Position numbers and translations under genes: made by a program. The notes below the pieces were generated by a model, which did not search any database, was not told where the DNA came from, and was given only the letters and a program-made list of their open reading frames with translations. From the NCBI RefSeq assembly GCF_009914755.1, contig NC_060930.1: a stretch of DNA of 64,000 nucleotides; one strand, given 5' to 3'. The DNA comes from the human T2T-CHM13v2.0 reference genome, Homo sapiens. Positions 43,047 through 55,287 of the stretch are shown piece by piece; positions within the stretch are counted from its first letter, which is position 1; each line of letters opens with the position of its first letter.

Positions 43047-46004
43047 TATTTTTATTTTTGACACATAATATTTGTATATATTTATGGGCTCCATGTGATA
43101 TTTTTATAGATGCATAGAATGAGTAATAATCAAATCAGGATATTTATGTTATCCATCAACTCAAATATTTATCATCTGTTTGTGTTAAGCCTTAACATAA
43201 TGACCTCCAGTTTTACCAATGTTGGTATAAATTACATAATATATAAGGAAATCAATGACTCAACAACAACAAAAAATCCCATTAAACAGTGGGCAAAGGA
43301 CAGAAATGGGTATTTCTCAAAAGAAGACATACAAATGGCCAATAGATATATTAAAAAACACTCAGAAAAGGAAAAAAAAACACTGAAGTACGTAGACCAG
43401 AGACACTATGAAACTACGAAGCAACCACATAAAATAGTCGGCAAAATAACCAGCTAACATCATGATGACAGGATCAAATTCATGCATAACAATACTAATC
43501 TTAAATGTAAATGGGCTAAGTGCCCCAATTAAAAGACACAGAATGGCAAGCTGGATAAAGAGCCAAGACTCATCAATATGCTGTCTTCAAGAGACTCATC
43601 TCATGGACAAAGACACATATAGGCTCAATACAAAGAAATAGAGGAAAATTCACCAAGCAAAGGGAAAACCAAAAAAAGCAGGGTTTGCAATTCTAGTTTC
43701 AGACAAAATAGACTTTAAACCAACAAGGATCAAAAAAAAGAAAAAAAAAAGAAGGACATTACATAATATTAAAGGTTTCAATTCAACAAGAAAAGCTAAT
43801 TATCCTATAATTATCCTAAACATATAGGCACCCAATACTGGAGCATCCAGATTCATAAAGCAAGGTCTTAGAGACCTACAAAGAGACTTAGACTCCCACA
43901 CATTAGTAGTGGGAGATTTTAATACCCAAATGACAATATTAGATCATTGAGACAGAAAATTAACAAAGATACTCAGGACCTGAACTCAGCTCTGGTTCCA
44001 GTGGACCTGATACATGTCTACAGAACTCTCCACTCCCAAAATATTGAATATACATTCTTCTCTTTGCCACACAGCACTTACTCTAAAATTGATCACACAA
44101 TAGAAAGTAAAACACTCTTCAGTAAATGCTAAAAACTAAAATCATATAAACAGTCTCTCAGACAACAGCACAATAAACTTAGAACTCAATATTAAGAAAT
44201 TTATTCAAAACTACACAACTACATGGAAATTGAACAACCTGATCCTGAATAACTCTTGGGTAAATAATAAAATTAAGGTAGAAATGAAGACATTTTCTGA
44301 AACTAATAAGAACAAAGAGACAGCACACCAGTATCTCAAGGATGCAGCTAGAGCAGTGTTAAGAGGGAAATTTATAGCCCTAAATGCCCACATCAAAAAG
44401 CTAGAAAGATCTCAAATTAGCAACCTAACATCACAACTAAAAGAACTAGAGAACCAAAAGCAAACGAACCCCAAAGCTAGCTGAAGACAATAAATAATCA
44501 AGATCAGAGGAGATAGAGACATGAGAAACTTCAAAAATCAATGAAAGCAGGAGCTGTTTTTTTGAAAAACATTAATAAATTAGATAGAACACCAGATAGA
44601 CTAATAAAAAAGAAAAACAAATCAAATAAATGCAATCAGAAATGATAAGGGAATATCACCACTGACCCCACAGAAATACAAACAAGCACCAGAGAATGCT
44701 ATAAACACCACTATGCACATAACTTGAAAAACAAAATAAAATTGGTAAGTTTCTGGACATATTCACCCTTCCAAGACTGAAAGAAGAAAAAACTGAATCC
44801 CTGAATAAATCAATAATGAGTTCTGAAATTGAGGCAGTAATATATAGCCTACAAACCGAAAAAAAAAAAAAAAGCCCAGTACCACACAGATTCACAGCTG
44901 AATTCTACCAGAGGTACAAAGAAGGGCTAGTACCATTTCTACTGAAACTATTCCAAAAAATTGAAAAGGAGGTACTCCTCCCTAACTCATTCTATGAGGT
45001 CAGCATCATCCAGATACAAAAACCAGGCAGAGATACAACAAAATGAAAACTTTAGGCAAATATCCTTGATGAACACAAATGCAAAAATTCTCAAGAAAAT
45101 ACTGTTAGGCCTAATCCAGCAGCACATCAAAAAGCTTATCTACCATGATGAAGTTGGCTTCATCCCTAGCATGCAAAATTGGTTCAAAGTATGCAAATCA
45201 ATAAATGTGAATTATCACATAAACAGAATTAAATGAAAAAAACACGTTTATCTCAATAGATGCAGATAAGACTTTCAATAAAATTTAATATTGCTTCATG
45301 TTAAAAACTCTCAGTAGACTAGATATTAAAGAAATATACCTCAAAATAATAGCCATATATGACAAACTCATAGCCAATATCATATTGAATGGGCAAAAGC
45401 CAGAGGTGTTCCCCTTGAAAACCAGCACAAAACAAGAATCCCCTCTCTCACCACTCTTATTCAACATATTGGAAGTTATGGCCAGGGCAATCAGGCAGGA
45501 GAAAGAAATAAAGGGTATTCAAATAGAAAAAGAGGAAGTCAAATTATATTTGTTTGCAGATGACATGATCCTAGATCTAGAAAACCCCATTGTCTTAGCC
45601 CCAAATCTTCTTAAGCTGATAAGCAACTTCAGCACAATCTGAAGAAACAAAAATCAACGTGCAGAAATAATCTGCATTCCTAAACACCATCAACAAGCAG
45701 AGAGCCAAATCATAAATGAATTCCCATTCATAATTGCTACAAAAAGAATAAAATACCTAGGAATAGAGCTAACCAGGTAAGTGAAGTACCTCTTCCAGGA
45801 GAATTAAAAGCTACTGCTCAAAGACATCAGAGAGAACACAGAAAAATGGAAAAACATTCCATGCTCATGGATAAGAAGAATCAATATCATGAAAATGGCC
45901 ATACTGCCCAAATTAATTTATAGTTTCAGTTCTATTCCCATTAAAAACTACCATTGACATTCTTCACAGAATTAGAAGAAACTACTCTAAAATTCATATG
46001 GAAC

Positions 46005-46037
<33 letters not shown>

Positions 46038-47392
46038 AGCCCAAATAGCCCGGATAATCCTAAGCAAAAAGAAGAAAGCTGGAAGCATCATGGTACCTGA
46101 CTTCAAACTCCTACAAAGCTACAGTAACCAAAACAACAAGGTACTGGAACAAGGACAGACACATAGACGAATGGAACAAAACAGAGAACTCAGAAATAAG
46201 TCCTCACACCTACAACCATCTGATCTTTGACTGACAAATGCAAGCAAAGGGGAAAGGATTCTCTATTTAATAAATAGTGCTGGGAGAACTGGCTGGCAAT
46301 ATGCAGAAAATTGAATCTGGACCCCTTCCTTATATCATATGCAAAAATTAACTCAAGATGGATTAAAGACTTAGAGGCAGAAATACCATTTGACCCAGCA
46401 ATCCCATTACTGGAAATATACCCAAAGGAATATACATCATTCTATGATGAAGATACATGCAGCGCATGTTCATTGCTGCCCTACTCACAATTGCTAAGTC
46501 ATGGAATCTACCCAAATGCCCATCAATTATAGACTGGATAAAGAAAATGTGGTACATATACACCATGAAATACTATACAGCCATAAAAAGGAATGAGATC
46601 ATATCCTTTGCAGGGACATGAATGGAGTTGGAAGCCATTATCCTCAGCAAACTAACACAGGGACAGAAAACCAAACACCACATGTTCTCACTTATAAGTG
46701 GGAGCTGAATGATGAGATCACATTGACACATGGTGGGGAACAACACACACTGGGACCTGTCAGAGGTAGGTGGTGAAGAGGAAGGGCATCAGGAAGAATA
46801 GCTAATGAATGCTGGGCTTAATACTTAGGCGATGGGATAATCTGTGCAGCAAACCACCATGGCACATATTTACCTGTATAGCAAACCTGCACATCCTGCA
46901 CATGTTCCCCAAACATAAAATAAAAGTTGAAGTAAAAAATAAAAATAGGGAGAAAAAAATGTTCAACATTACTAACCATCAGGGAAATGAAAATTAAAAC
47001 CACAATGAAATATCCTCTCGTCCTAGTTAGAATGGTTACTATCAAAAATAAAAAATAAATGCTAGTGAGGATTCAGAGAAAAGGAACTTTTATACACTCT
47101 GCTTGAGAATTTAAATTAGGGCAGCCATCATAGAAAATAATCTGGAGGTTTCTCAAAAAACTAAAAATAGAACTACAATATTGTCCAGCAATCCCTACTG
47201 GGTATTTATCAAAAGGATATGAAATTAATATATTGAAGAGACATCTGCATCCCCATGCTTACTGTAATGCTATTCACAATAGCCAAGAAATGGAAAAAAT
47301 CTGAGTGTTCATAAACGGATGAAAGAATAAATAAAATGCAGTACATATACACAATGAGATACTATTCAGTCATAAAAATGAAAAAAAATTGT
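43047..47392. mobile_element. Old L1MA 3' element with apparent inversion (minus 43047-43226; plus 43227-43356 and about 46953-47392), split by a nested L1PA
   Basis: Reverse-strand L1MA 3' terminus followed by forward L1 sequence. The forward part ...caaatggccaatagatatattaaaaaa resumes after the nested element as aaaaaaatgttcaacattactaa. Confidence 0.7.
43357..46950 (+). mobile_element. L1PA13-like LINE-1 from the ORF1 end through ORF2 (start codon 43465) and 3'UTR, with an internal deletion of about 585 bp
   Basis: atgacaggatcaaattc ORF2 start; LFADDM; 3'UTR gcatcaggaagaatagctaatgaatgctgggcttaatac; deletion junction gattaaagactta/gaggcagaaatacc at about 46373. Confidence 0.92.
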
Positions 47393-47604
47393 TAATCAGA
47401 TGGAATTCCAGTAATTTAAAGGCCATAATATGACTTTTATTAGTGTATTAATGACTAACTCCTCTTATTATATTAAAAAAAGTAGTAAATATTGGGGAAA
47501 TTAAAACTGTAAAAATAAATTTGGATTCCATTGTGATGAATGGACTTAATCCATATTTATGTGATTTAAAATAAGATTTGTGTAAGACATGTGGTGCGTG
47601 TAAA

Positions 47605-47770
47605 ACATATATGTATATATGCATATATATACATACACATATTTATATGTATGTTTACACTCATATATACTACATATATTTAATATATATGCAATGCATA
47701 TATAATATATATAGCCATGTATATATGATATTTATATACTTGCATAATATATACATAATATATTAATATT
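47605..47770. repeat. (TA)-rich low-complexity repeat
   Basis: Directly visible. Confidence 0.9.
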
Positions 47771-48939
47771 TATGTGTTGAAAACCGAAGGCCATGTAATT
47801 TAAATGAAAAACCTCAGACAGCAAAACCAGGGGAGAAAAATGCAAACCTCAGGTACATCATTCCTTTTCAAATGTGTTCCACTAGATTGCAGAATGTAAC
47901 AAAAAGATGTTAGAGTGTGATAGCTATCCTGTATGTGATAGACATTTTTAAAGCACAGATTTTAAGAATAAAATAATTTATGTCATGACCAAGAGATGTA
48001 TCTTGCAGTTATGCTTGCATTTTAATCTAATTTTTAGGGAAAATTTGATACTGAATATAACAGATTAATTTAGTTTTGTATAGCTGTTTTAGCTCTTCAT
48101 GGCTTATAACCACAGTGATCTCAAAGGACAAATAGTCTTGCTTGCCTATTTCTCAGAAGGCCTTCAATCCTTATTTAATAAACAATTATTCCTTTTTGAA
48201 AAATCTTTTAACTTAGTCCTCAAAGAAAAATAAATAATTGTAAATGTGAAAATGTTTTAGTTATTTCTTTTGCTACGGATTCTGAATGATTAAATTCTTT
48301 GGTGTTTTAAATTTGTATCACTTCTGAAAAAAAAATTAAAAAGAACCAAATCACAGTGACTTGAGCTCTTAGAAATGGGCCTGGATATACTACTGGGAAA
48401 CTCATGTGCCAAGGGAAATAAATAAGAAAAAGGATTTCTTTTAACGACTTATAATCTGTCTTTAATGCACACTGAAGATGCATTTATTTATACCTGATAA
48501 AGTTATTTGATTTAGAATACAACTGTGCTACAATTTAAAAGACTAATTTTGATATATTATAATACTCTAATATGGCAAGAGACCTAAAATATAAATTAAA
48601 TGCCACTGAAATTTTTATAACTTGATATCACAAAATAAAGCATTGACTTAAAAACTTTTTAGAAAATTTTATGTGCATAAATTCATGGCAGGAATTTTAA
48701 AAATTTGAGTTACCATGCCCATGATTTTGATTAGGTAGAGGTTTTCAAGCATCAGTATGACACACAAATTGTTGAAATTGTTGGCTCAGTTATTGGTTAT
48801 CAAATTTTACCTTATTGGAAGAAATGTGTGAAATTAAAAAAAAAATACTAAGCTACTGGATGAGGTGACTTTTGAAGAATGTTAGAACTAGGCACAGAGA
48901 AGTGCCGTTCAAAGGTATCTCAATTATTTTTTGAAATTA

Positions 48940-49530
<591 letters not shown>

Positions 49531-50585
49531 TTGATAGTTATACACATTAAATCTATTTACTGAATCTGCAAGTATCAATTATATGTCAGTGTACAATTAA
49601 ATGTGAGTTTCCCGCTACTGTAAATAAAACATATCTAGACTGCTGAGAATGTAAAACTACACTATTTAATGCTGTTATCTTACAAAATACTGTTTTAAAA
49701 TTTTTTAATACTTTTTTTGTGAAGTGAAAGAACTACTAGGACTGGAGACCAATTGTTATGAAATCATGGGCTGGTACTTGACGAGAAGGTGCTCCTGGCA
49801 CGTTTTGTGTATCCTGGTTGTACATCTGGTATGAGTCAGATAAGGGACAGAAATCAGCACAGGTAATGAATTCCAGAGAAAGACAGAAGGAAGAGTACAC
49901 CAGGATCCTCCATGCCAGCATGGAAAGGAATTCAACATGAAGGTATGAAAGCAAAATAGAGGGACTTTACATGGTGAGTTAATCCTAGAATTTTCACTGT
50001 CTCAATAGAGTCCAAACTGTATATTTCATTTCTGAGCTGTATAGTATATTATGTTCATTAGCGTTTTCAAGTCTTTATAAAAAAAGAATCCAACTGTTTC
50101 TGTTGTCACTGTAGTTGAGGCTGAATGCATGAGACATATGTCTCATCCCTCCACTTGAATTTCATGGTTTACAATTTTATTGTTTCTTCACTTGAAGTAA
50201 AATCTACTGTTTAGCTGTTAGAGCACTACTTTTCCCAGTGCTATAATTAACGTTTCATCACTTCCAATGTAACCCTATTTTTCAAGGTTTTAACCGGTAC
50301 TATGAAAATTTGAAAATTAGCACTCAATGTTTAAAGGGTAACTGTACATTTCTGCAATTATAATGGAAAAAATAATTGGTTAAAGTGATGAATAGGTATA
50401 TGAAGGTATTTTCATGATTTTTAAGCTACCATTTAAAGATTTGATACATTTTAAAATGCACCAGCATGTCTATAGTAAATGTCATCCTACGGAAGACTCA
50501 AATGTAATGAAATACACAACTCTCAGGGGTCCCTCATCTTCCCGGAGAATAGTTCTCAACAGATAGAGAATACCTCTCCGTGGTA

Positions 50586-50927
50586 TTGTGAAAGGGATTG
50601 ACTGAGGGCATGCCCTTAGGAGAAGAGTGTAGGAAGCAGGGAAAATCGCAGGAAGGAAGGTGAAACAAGAATGTTGAAGAATATTACCCTCTCCACCAAA
50701 GAAGTACAAAACTCTAGCCCCATGGAGTGAGAAGGTTTCAGTTATTTGGTATAATTTGTACTCCAGAGCTTTCCTGTGATTAATCTCCATGCCAAGAAAA
50801 CATTCTTGTTTTACCTTCTTCCTTTTTGTGATTTTTCCCTGCTTCCTACAATCTTCTCCTGAGAGCATGACCTCAGTCAATTCCTTTCACAAGAACACTG
50901 TCTATTTTTAGGGAACCCAATCTAAGG
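50586..50927 (+). mobile_element. LTR16-like ERVL LTR 3' part, preceded by an inverted duplicate of its own R/U5 segment
   Basis: Ends tagggaacccaatctaag (LTR16-type U5 end). 50586-50675 is the reverse complement of 50799-50892 with few differences. Confidence 0.6.
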
Positions 50928-51792
50928 GGTTAACCCACCTCCTTTTGTTTTTTAATGGAAATTCAACTAAGCTCAAAACAAATGCTGCTAAATAAAGGGT
51001 AATCTCAATTTAAGATTTTCCCTTTAAATATGTAAATTTTTGCACAGGCACCATTTTTTTTAGTCAACAAAGTGCTTTTTATAATAATATTTTTATGAAA
51101 TGAAACAAAGAAGTTCCCTGCATGCTTCTTTTGAATAGTCTCCCAAATTCATGCATTGCAAAATTATAGGCTTTATCAAATCTTTTCTATTTTGCTGTAG
51201 AACAGATATTTACCAAATTAAAAATAGGACTTCCATGAAAAGACTCTTCCTACAACTTAAGATATTTTGTAGTGCAAATAGGAAACTTGAGGATTTGTAC
51301 ACATATTTCATGTAGTCCTAAAATACCTTTTCATACCCAAGTGGTTTCATCAAATCCTGGCCTGTTGAGCAGTGGGCCTCATACCACCTGTAGGTCAAGT
51401 CACTGGTCACTTTGGTACAACATATTGCTGTGCCACTGATGCTTCTCTTACCACCACCAACAGAGAATATGTTATTGCTCATATTTTGTCATTTTTCTTT
51501 GTGATTTTATTAGTGAATGCCCTGCTCTCTGTTCTTAAAAGAGAGGCTCTTGTTACATTGATTCTTAACAGAGTAGGGGAAATAGAGATCAGTCAGATTT
51601 CACCATGTGTCTATGTGAGCACTCTTAACTGCAACATGGATCTCCCGTATTACCAGACAAGACCATGTTAGAGCTTGAAGTACAAATTATCAAACCAATT
51701 TTGGCTTATTTTAATAATAATACTTTGGTAAGAATATAAACAATCTGGGCCAATTTAAAAGTATATGGGACACAATAACCTACCCCTACCAG

Positions 51793-52226
51793 TGTCAGGC
51801 CTCTGAGCCCAAGCCAAGCCATCGCATCCCCTGTGACTTGCACGTATATGCCCAGATGCCCTGAAGTAACTGAAGAATCACAAAAGAAGTGAAAAGGCCC
51901 TGCTCCGCCTTAACTGATGACATTCCACCATTGTGATTTGTTCCTGCCCCACCTTAACTGAGTGATTAACCCTGTGAATTTCCCTCTCCTGGCTCAGAAG
52001 CTCCCCCACTGAGCACCTTGTGACCCCCGCCCCTGCCCCCCAGAGAACAACCCCCTTTGACTGTAATTTTCCATTACCTTCCCAAATCCTATAAAACGGC
52101 CCCACCCTTATCCCCCTTTGCTGACTCTCTTTTCAGACTCAGCCCGCCTGCACCCAGGTGAAATAAACAGCCATGTTGCTCACACAAAGCCTGTTTGGTG
52201 GTCTCTTCAAACGGACGTGCATGAAA
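51793..52226 (+). promoter_or_regulatory. HERV-H 5' LTR (LTR7 family)
   Basis: tgtcaggcctctgagcccaag...gcatgaaa. TATA-like tataaaa at about 52090 and aataaa at about 52162. Confidence 0.97.
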
Positions 52227-52228
52227 TT

Positions 52229-52246
52229 TGGTGCCGTGACTCGGAT
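52229..52246 (+). other. Primer-binding site for tRNA-His
   Basis: tggtgccgtgactcggat is complementary to the 3' 18 nt of tRNA-His(GUG), the defining feature of HERV-H. Confidence 0.97.
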
Positions 52247-52369
52247 CGGGGGACCTCCCTTGGGAGATCAATCCCCTGTCCTCTTGTTCTTTGCTCCATG
52301 AGAAAGATCCACCTATGACCTCGGGTCCTCAGACCGACCAGCCCAAGAAACATCTCACCAATTTCAAAT

Positions 52370-52378
52370 CCGGTAAGC
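52370..52378 (+). promoter_or_regulatory. HERV-H major splice donor
   Basis: ccg|gtaagc about 145 nt downstream of the 5' LTR, at the known leader position. Confidence 0.8.
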
Positions 52379-52773
52379 GGCCTATTTTTACTCTCTTCTC
52401 CAACCTCCCTCACTATCCCTCAACCTCTTTCTCCTTTCAATCTTGGTGCCACACTTCAATCTCTCCCTTCTCTTAATTTCAATTCCTTTCAATTCCTTTG
52501 GTAGACACAAAGGAGACACGTTTTATCCGTGGACCCAAAACTCCGGCGCCGGTCACGGACTGGGAAGGCAGCCTTCCTTTGGTGTTTAATCATTGCAGGG
52601 ACACCTCTCTGATTATTCACCCACGTTTCAAAGGTGTCAGACCACGCAGGGATGCCTGCCTTTGTCCTTCACCCTTAGCAGCAAGTCTCGCTTTTCTGGG
52701 GGAGGGGCAAGTACCCCTCAACCCCTTCTCCTTCACCCTTAGTGGCAAGTCCCACTTTCTACGGTGCAAGAAC

Positions 52774-53062
52774 CCCCAATTCCTTATTTCCATGCCCCAA
52801 CCTCTTATCTCTGTGCCCCAATCCCTTATTTCTGTGCCCCAACCTCTTATCTCTGCACCCCAATCCCTTATTTCTGTGCCCCAACCTCTTATCTCTGTGC
52901 CCCAATCCCTTATTTCCACACCCCGACCTCTTATCTCTGCACCCCATCCCTTATTTCCATGCCCCAACCTCTTATATCTCTACGCCCAACCTCTTATATC
53001 TCTGCACCCCAATCCCTTATTTCTGCATCCCGACCTCTTATCTCTGTGCCCCAACCCCTTTT
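52774..53062. repeat. 21-bp tandem repeat (13 units plus a partial one) with alternating A/B 42-bp higher-order structure in the HERV-H leader
   Basis: Units ccccaatcccttatttctgtg and ccccaacctcttatctctgtg, counted manually. Confidence 0.95.
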
Positions 53063-53149
53063 CCAACTTTTCTGGAAGGTAAGAACCCCCGAACCCCTTC
53101 CCTCTGTTTCTCTACTCTCTCTTTTCTCTAGGCTTGCTTCCTTCACTAT

Positions 53150-54338
53150 TGTCAACTTTCCACCCTCCATTCCTCCTTCTTCTCCCTTGGCCTGTGTTCT
53201 CAAAAACTTAAAACCTCTTCAACTCACACCTGACCTAAAACCTAAATGCTGCTTGACCCCAATACAAACTCAACAGTAGTTCCAAATAGCCAGAAAATGG
53301 CACTTTGAATTTTTCCATCCTGCAAAATCTAAATAATTCTTGTCATAAAATAGGCAAACGGTCTGAGATGCCTGACATCCAGGCATTCTTTTACACATCA
53401 GTCCCTTCCTAGTCTCTGTGCCCAGTGCAACTCGTCCCAAATCTTCCTTCTTTCCCTCCCACCTGTCCCCTCAGTCCCAACCCCAAGTGTCACTGAGTCT
53501 TTCTAATCTTCCTTTTCTACAGACCCATCTGACCTCTCCCCTCCTCGCCAGCCCAAGCTATGTCCCAAATCTTCCTCAGCCTCCGCTCCTCCACCCTGTA
53601 ATCTTTTTATCGCCTCCCCTCCTCACACCTGGTCTGGCTTACAGTTTTGTTCCGTGACTAGCCCTCCCCCACCTGCCCAGCAATTTACTCTTAAAAAGGT
53701 GGCTGGAGCCAAAGGCATAGTCAAAGTTAATGCTCCTTTTTCTTTATCCCAAATCAGATAGCATTTAGGCTCTTTTTCATCAAACATAAAAACCCATCCC
53801 AGTTCATGGCTCATTCGGCAGCAACCCTGAGACGCTTTACAGACTTAGACCCTAAAAGGTCAAAAGGCCATCTTATTCTCAATATACATTTTATTACCCA
53901 ATCTGCTCCCAACATTAAATAAAACTCCAAAAATTAAATTCCGGCCCTCAAACTCCACAACAGGATTAAATTAACCTCGCCTTCAAGGTGTACAATAATA
54001 GAAAAAAGTTGCAATTCCTTGCCTCCACTGTGAGACAAACCCCAGCCACATCTCCAGCACACAAGAACTTCCAAAAGCCTGAACCGCAGCGGCCAGGCAT
54101 TCCTCCAGAACCTCCTCCCACAGCAGCCTGCTACACATGCCAGAAATCTGGCCACTGGGCCAAGGAATGCCCACAGCCCAGGATTCCTCCTAAGCCACAT
54201 CCCATCTGTGTAGGACCCCACTGAAAATCGGACTGTTCAACTCACCTGGCAGCCACTCCCAGAGCCCCTGGAACTCTGGCCCAAGGCTCTCTGACTCACT
54301 CCTTCCCAGATCTTCTCGCCTTAGCAGCTGAAGACTGA
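53150..54338 (+). pseudogene. gag: HERV-H gag remnant with one intact CCHC zinc knuckle
   Basis: CYTCQKSGHWAKEC at 54129-54170. The second knuckle is broken (HPICVGPH*KSDC). Multiple stops upstream. Confidence 0.85.
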
Positions 54339-55287
54339 CACTGCCCGATTGCCTCAGAAGCCCCGTAGACCATCAGGGACGCGGAGCTTCAGGTAACTCT
54401 CACAGTGGAAAGTAAGCCCGTCCCCTTCTTAATCAATACGGAGGCTACCCACTCCACATTACCTTCTTTTCAAGGGCCTGTTTCCCTTGCCTCCATAACT
54501 GTTGTGGGTATTGACGGCCAGGCTTCTAAACCTCTTAAAAACTCCTGAAATCTGGTGCCAACTTAGACAATACTCTTTTAAGCACTCCTTTTTACTTATC
54601 CCCACCTGCCCAGTTCCCTTATTAGGCCAAGACACTTTAACTAAATTATCTGCTTCCCTGACTATTCCTGAGCTACAGCTGCACCTCATTGCCACCCTTC
54701 TCCCCAACCCAAAGCCTCCTTCACATCTTCCTCTCATATCCCCCCAGCTTAACCCACAAGTATAGGACATCTCTACTCCTTCCCTGGCAACCGATCACAT
54801 GCCCATTACCATCCCATTAAAACCTAATCACCCTTACCCCGCTCAATGCCAATATCCCATCCCACAACACGCGTTAAAAGGATTAAAGCCTGTTATCACT
54901 CACCTGCTACAGCATGGGCTTCTAAAACCTATAAACTCTCCTTACAATTCCCCCATTTTACCTGTCCTAAAACCAGAAAAGGCTTACAAGTTAGTTCAGA
55001 ATCTGTGCCTTATCAACCAAATTGTTTTCCCTATCCACCCCGTGGTGCCAAACCCATATACTCTCCTATCCTCAATACCTCCCTCTACTACCTGTTATTC
55101 TGTTCTGGATCTCAAACATGCTTTCTTTACTATTCCTTTGCACCCTTCATCCCAGCCTCTCTTTGCCTTCACTTAGACTGACCCTGACACCCATTAGGCT
55201 CAGCAAATTACCTGGGCTATACTGCCGCAAGGCTTCACAGACAGCCCCCATTACTTCAGTCAAGCCCAATTTCTTCCTCATCTGTTA
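54339..55287 (+). pseudogene. pol: HERV-H pro and 5' pol (RT N-terminus) remnant
   Basis: Protease motif decayed to FLINTEAT (about 54426). RT motifs YNSPILPV, VLDLKHAFF and WAILPQGFTDSP present. No YxDD, RNase H or integrase follows. Confidence 0.88.

Noticed and set aside
51372-51671. 99-aa ORF with a hydrophobic stretch upstream of HERV-H
   Set aside because: GTG start, no recognisable domain, and the hydrophobicity is explained by T-rich DNA.
52774-53062. Regular short repeats that superficially resemble a CRISPR array
   Set aside because: The units are head-to-tail with no unique spacers, there are no cas genes, and the array lies inside a HERV-H leader in primate DNA.
52498-53279. ORFs of 194, 171, 129 and 116 aa as novel proteins
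   Set aside because: They stay open because of the 21-bp stop-poor repeat. Several start at non-ATG codons and there is no independent coding signal.
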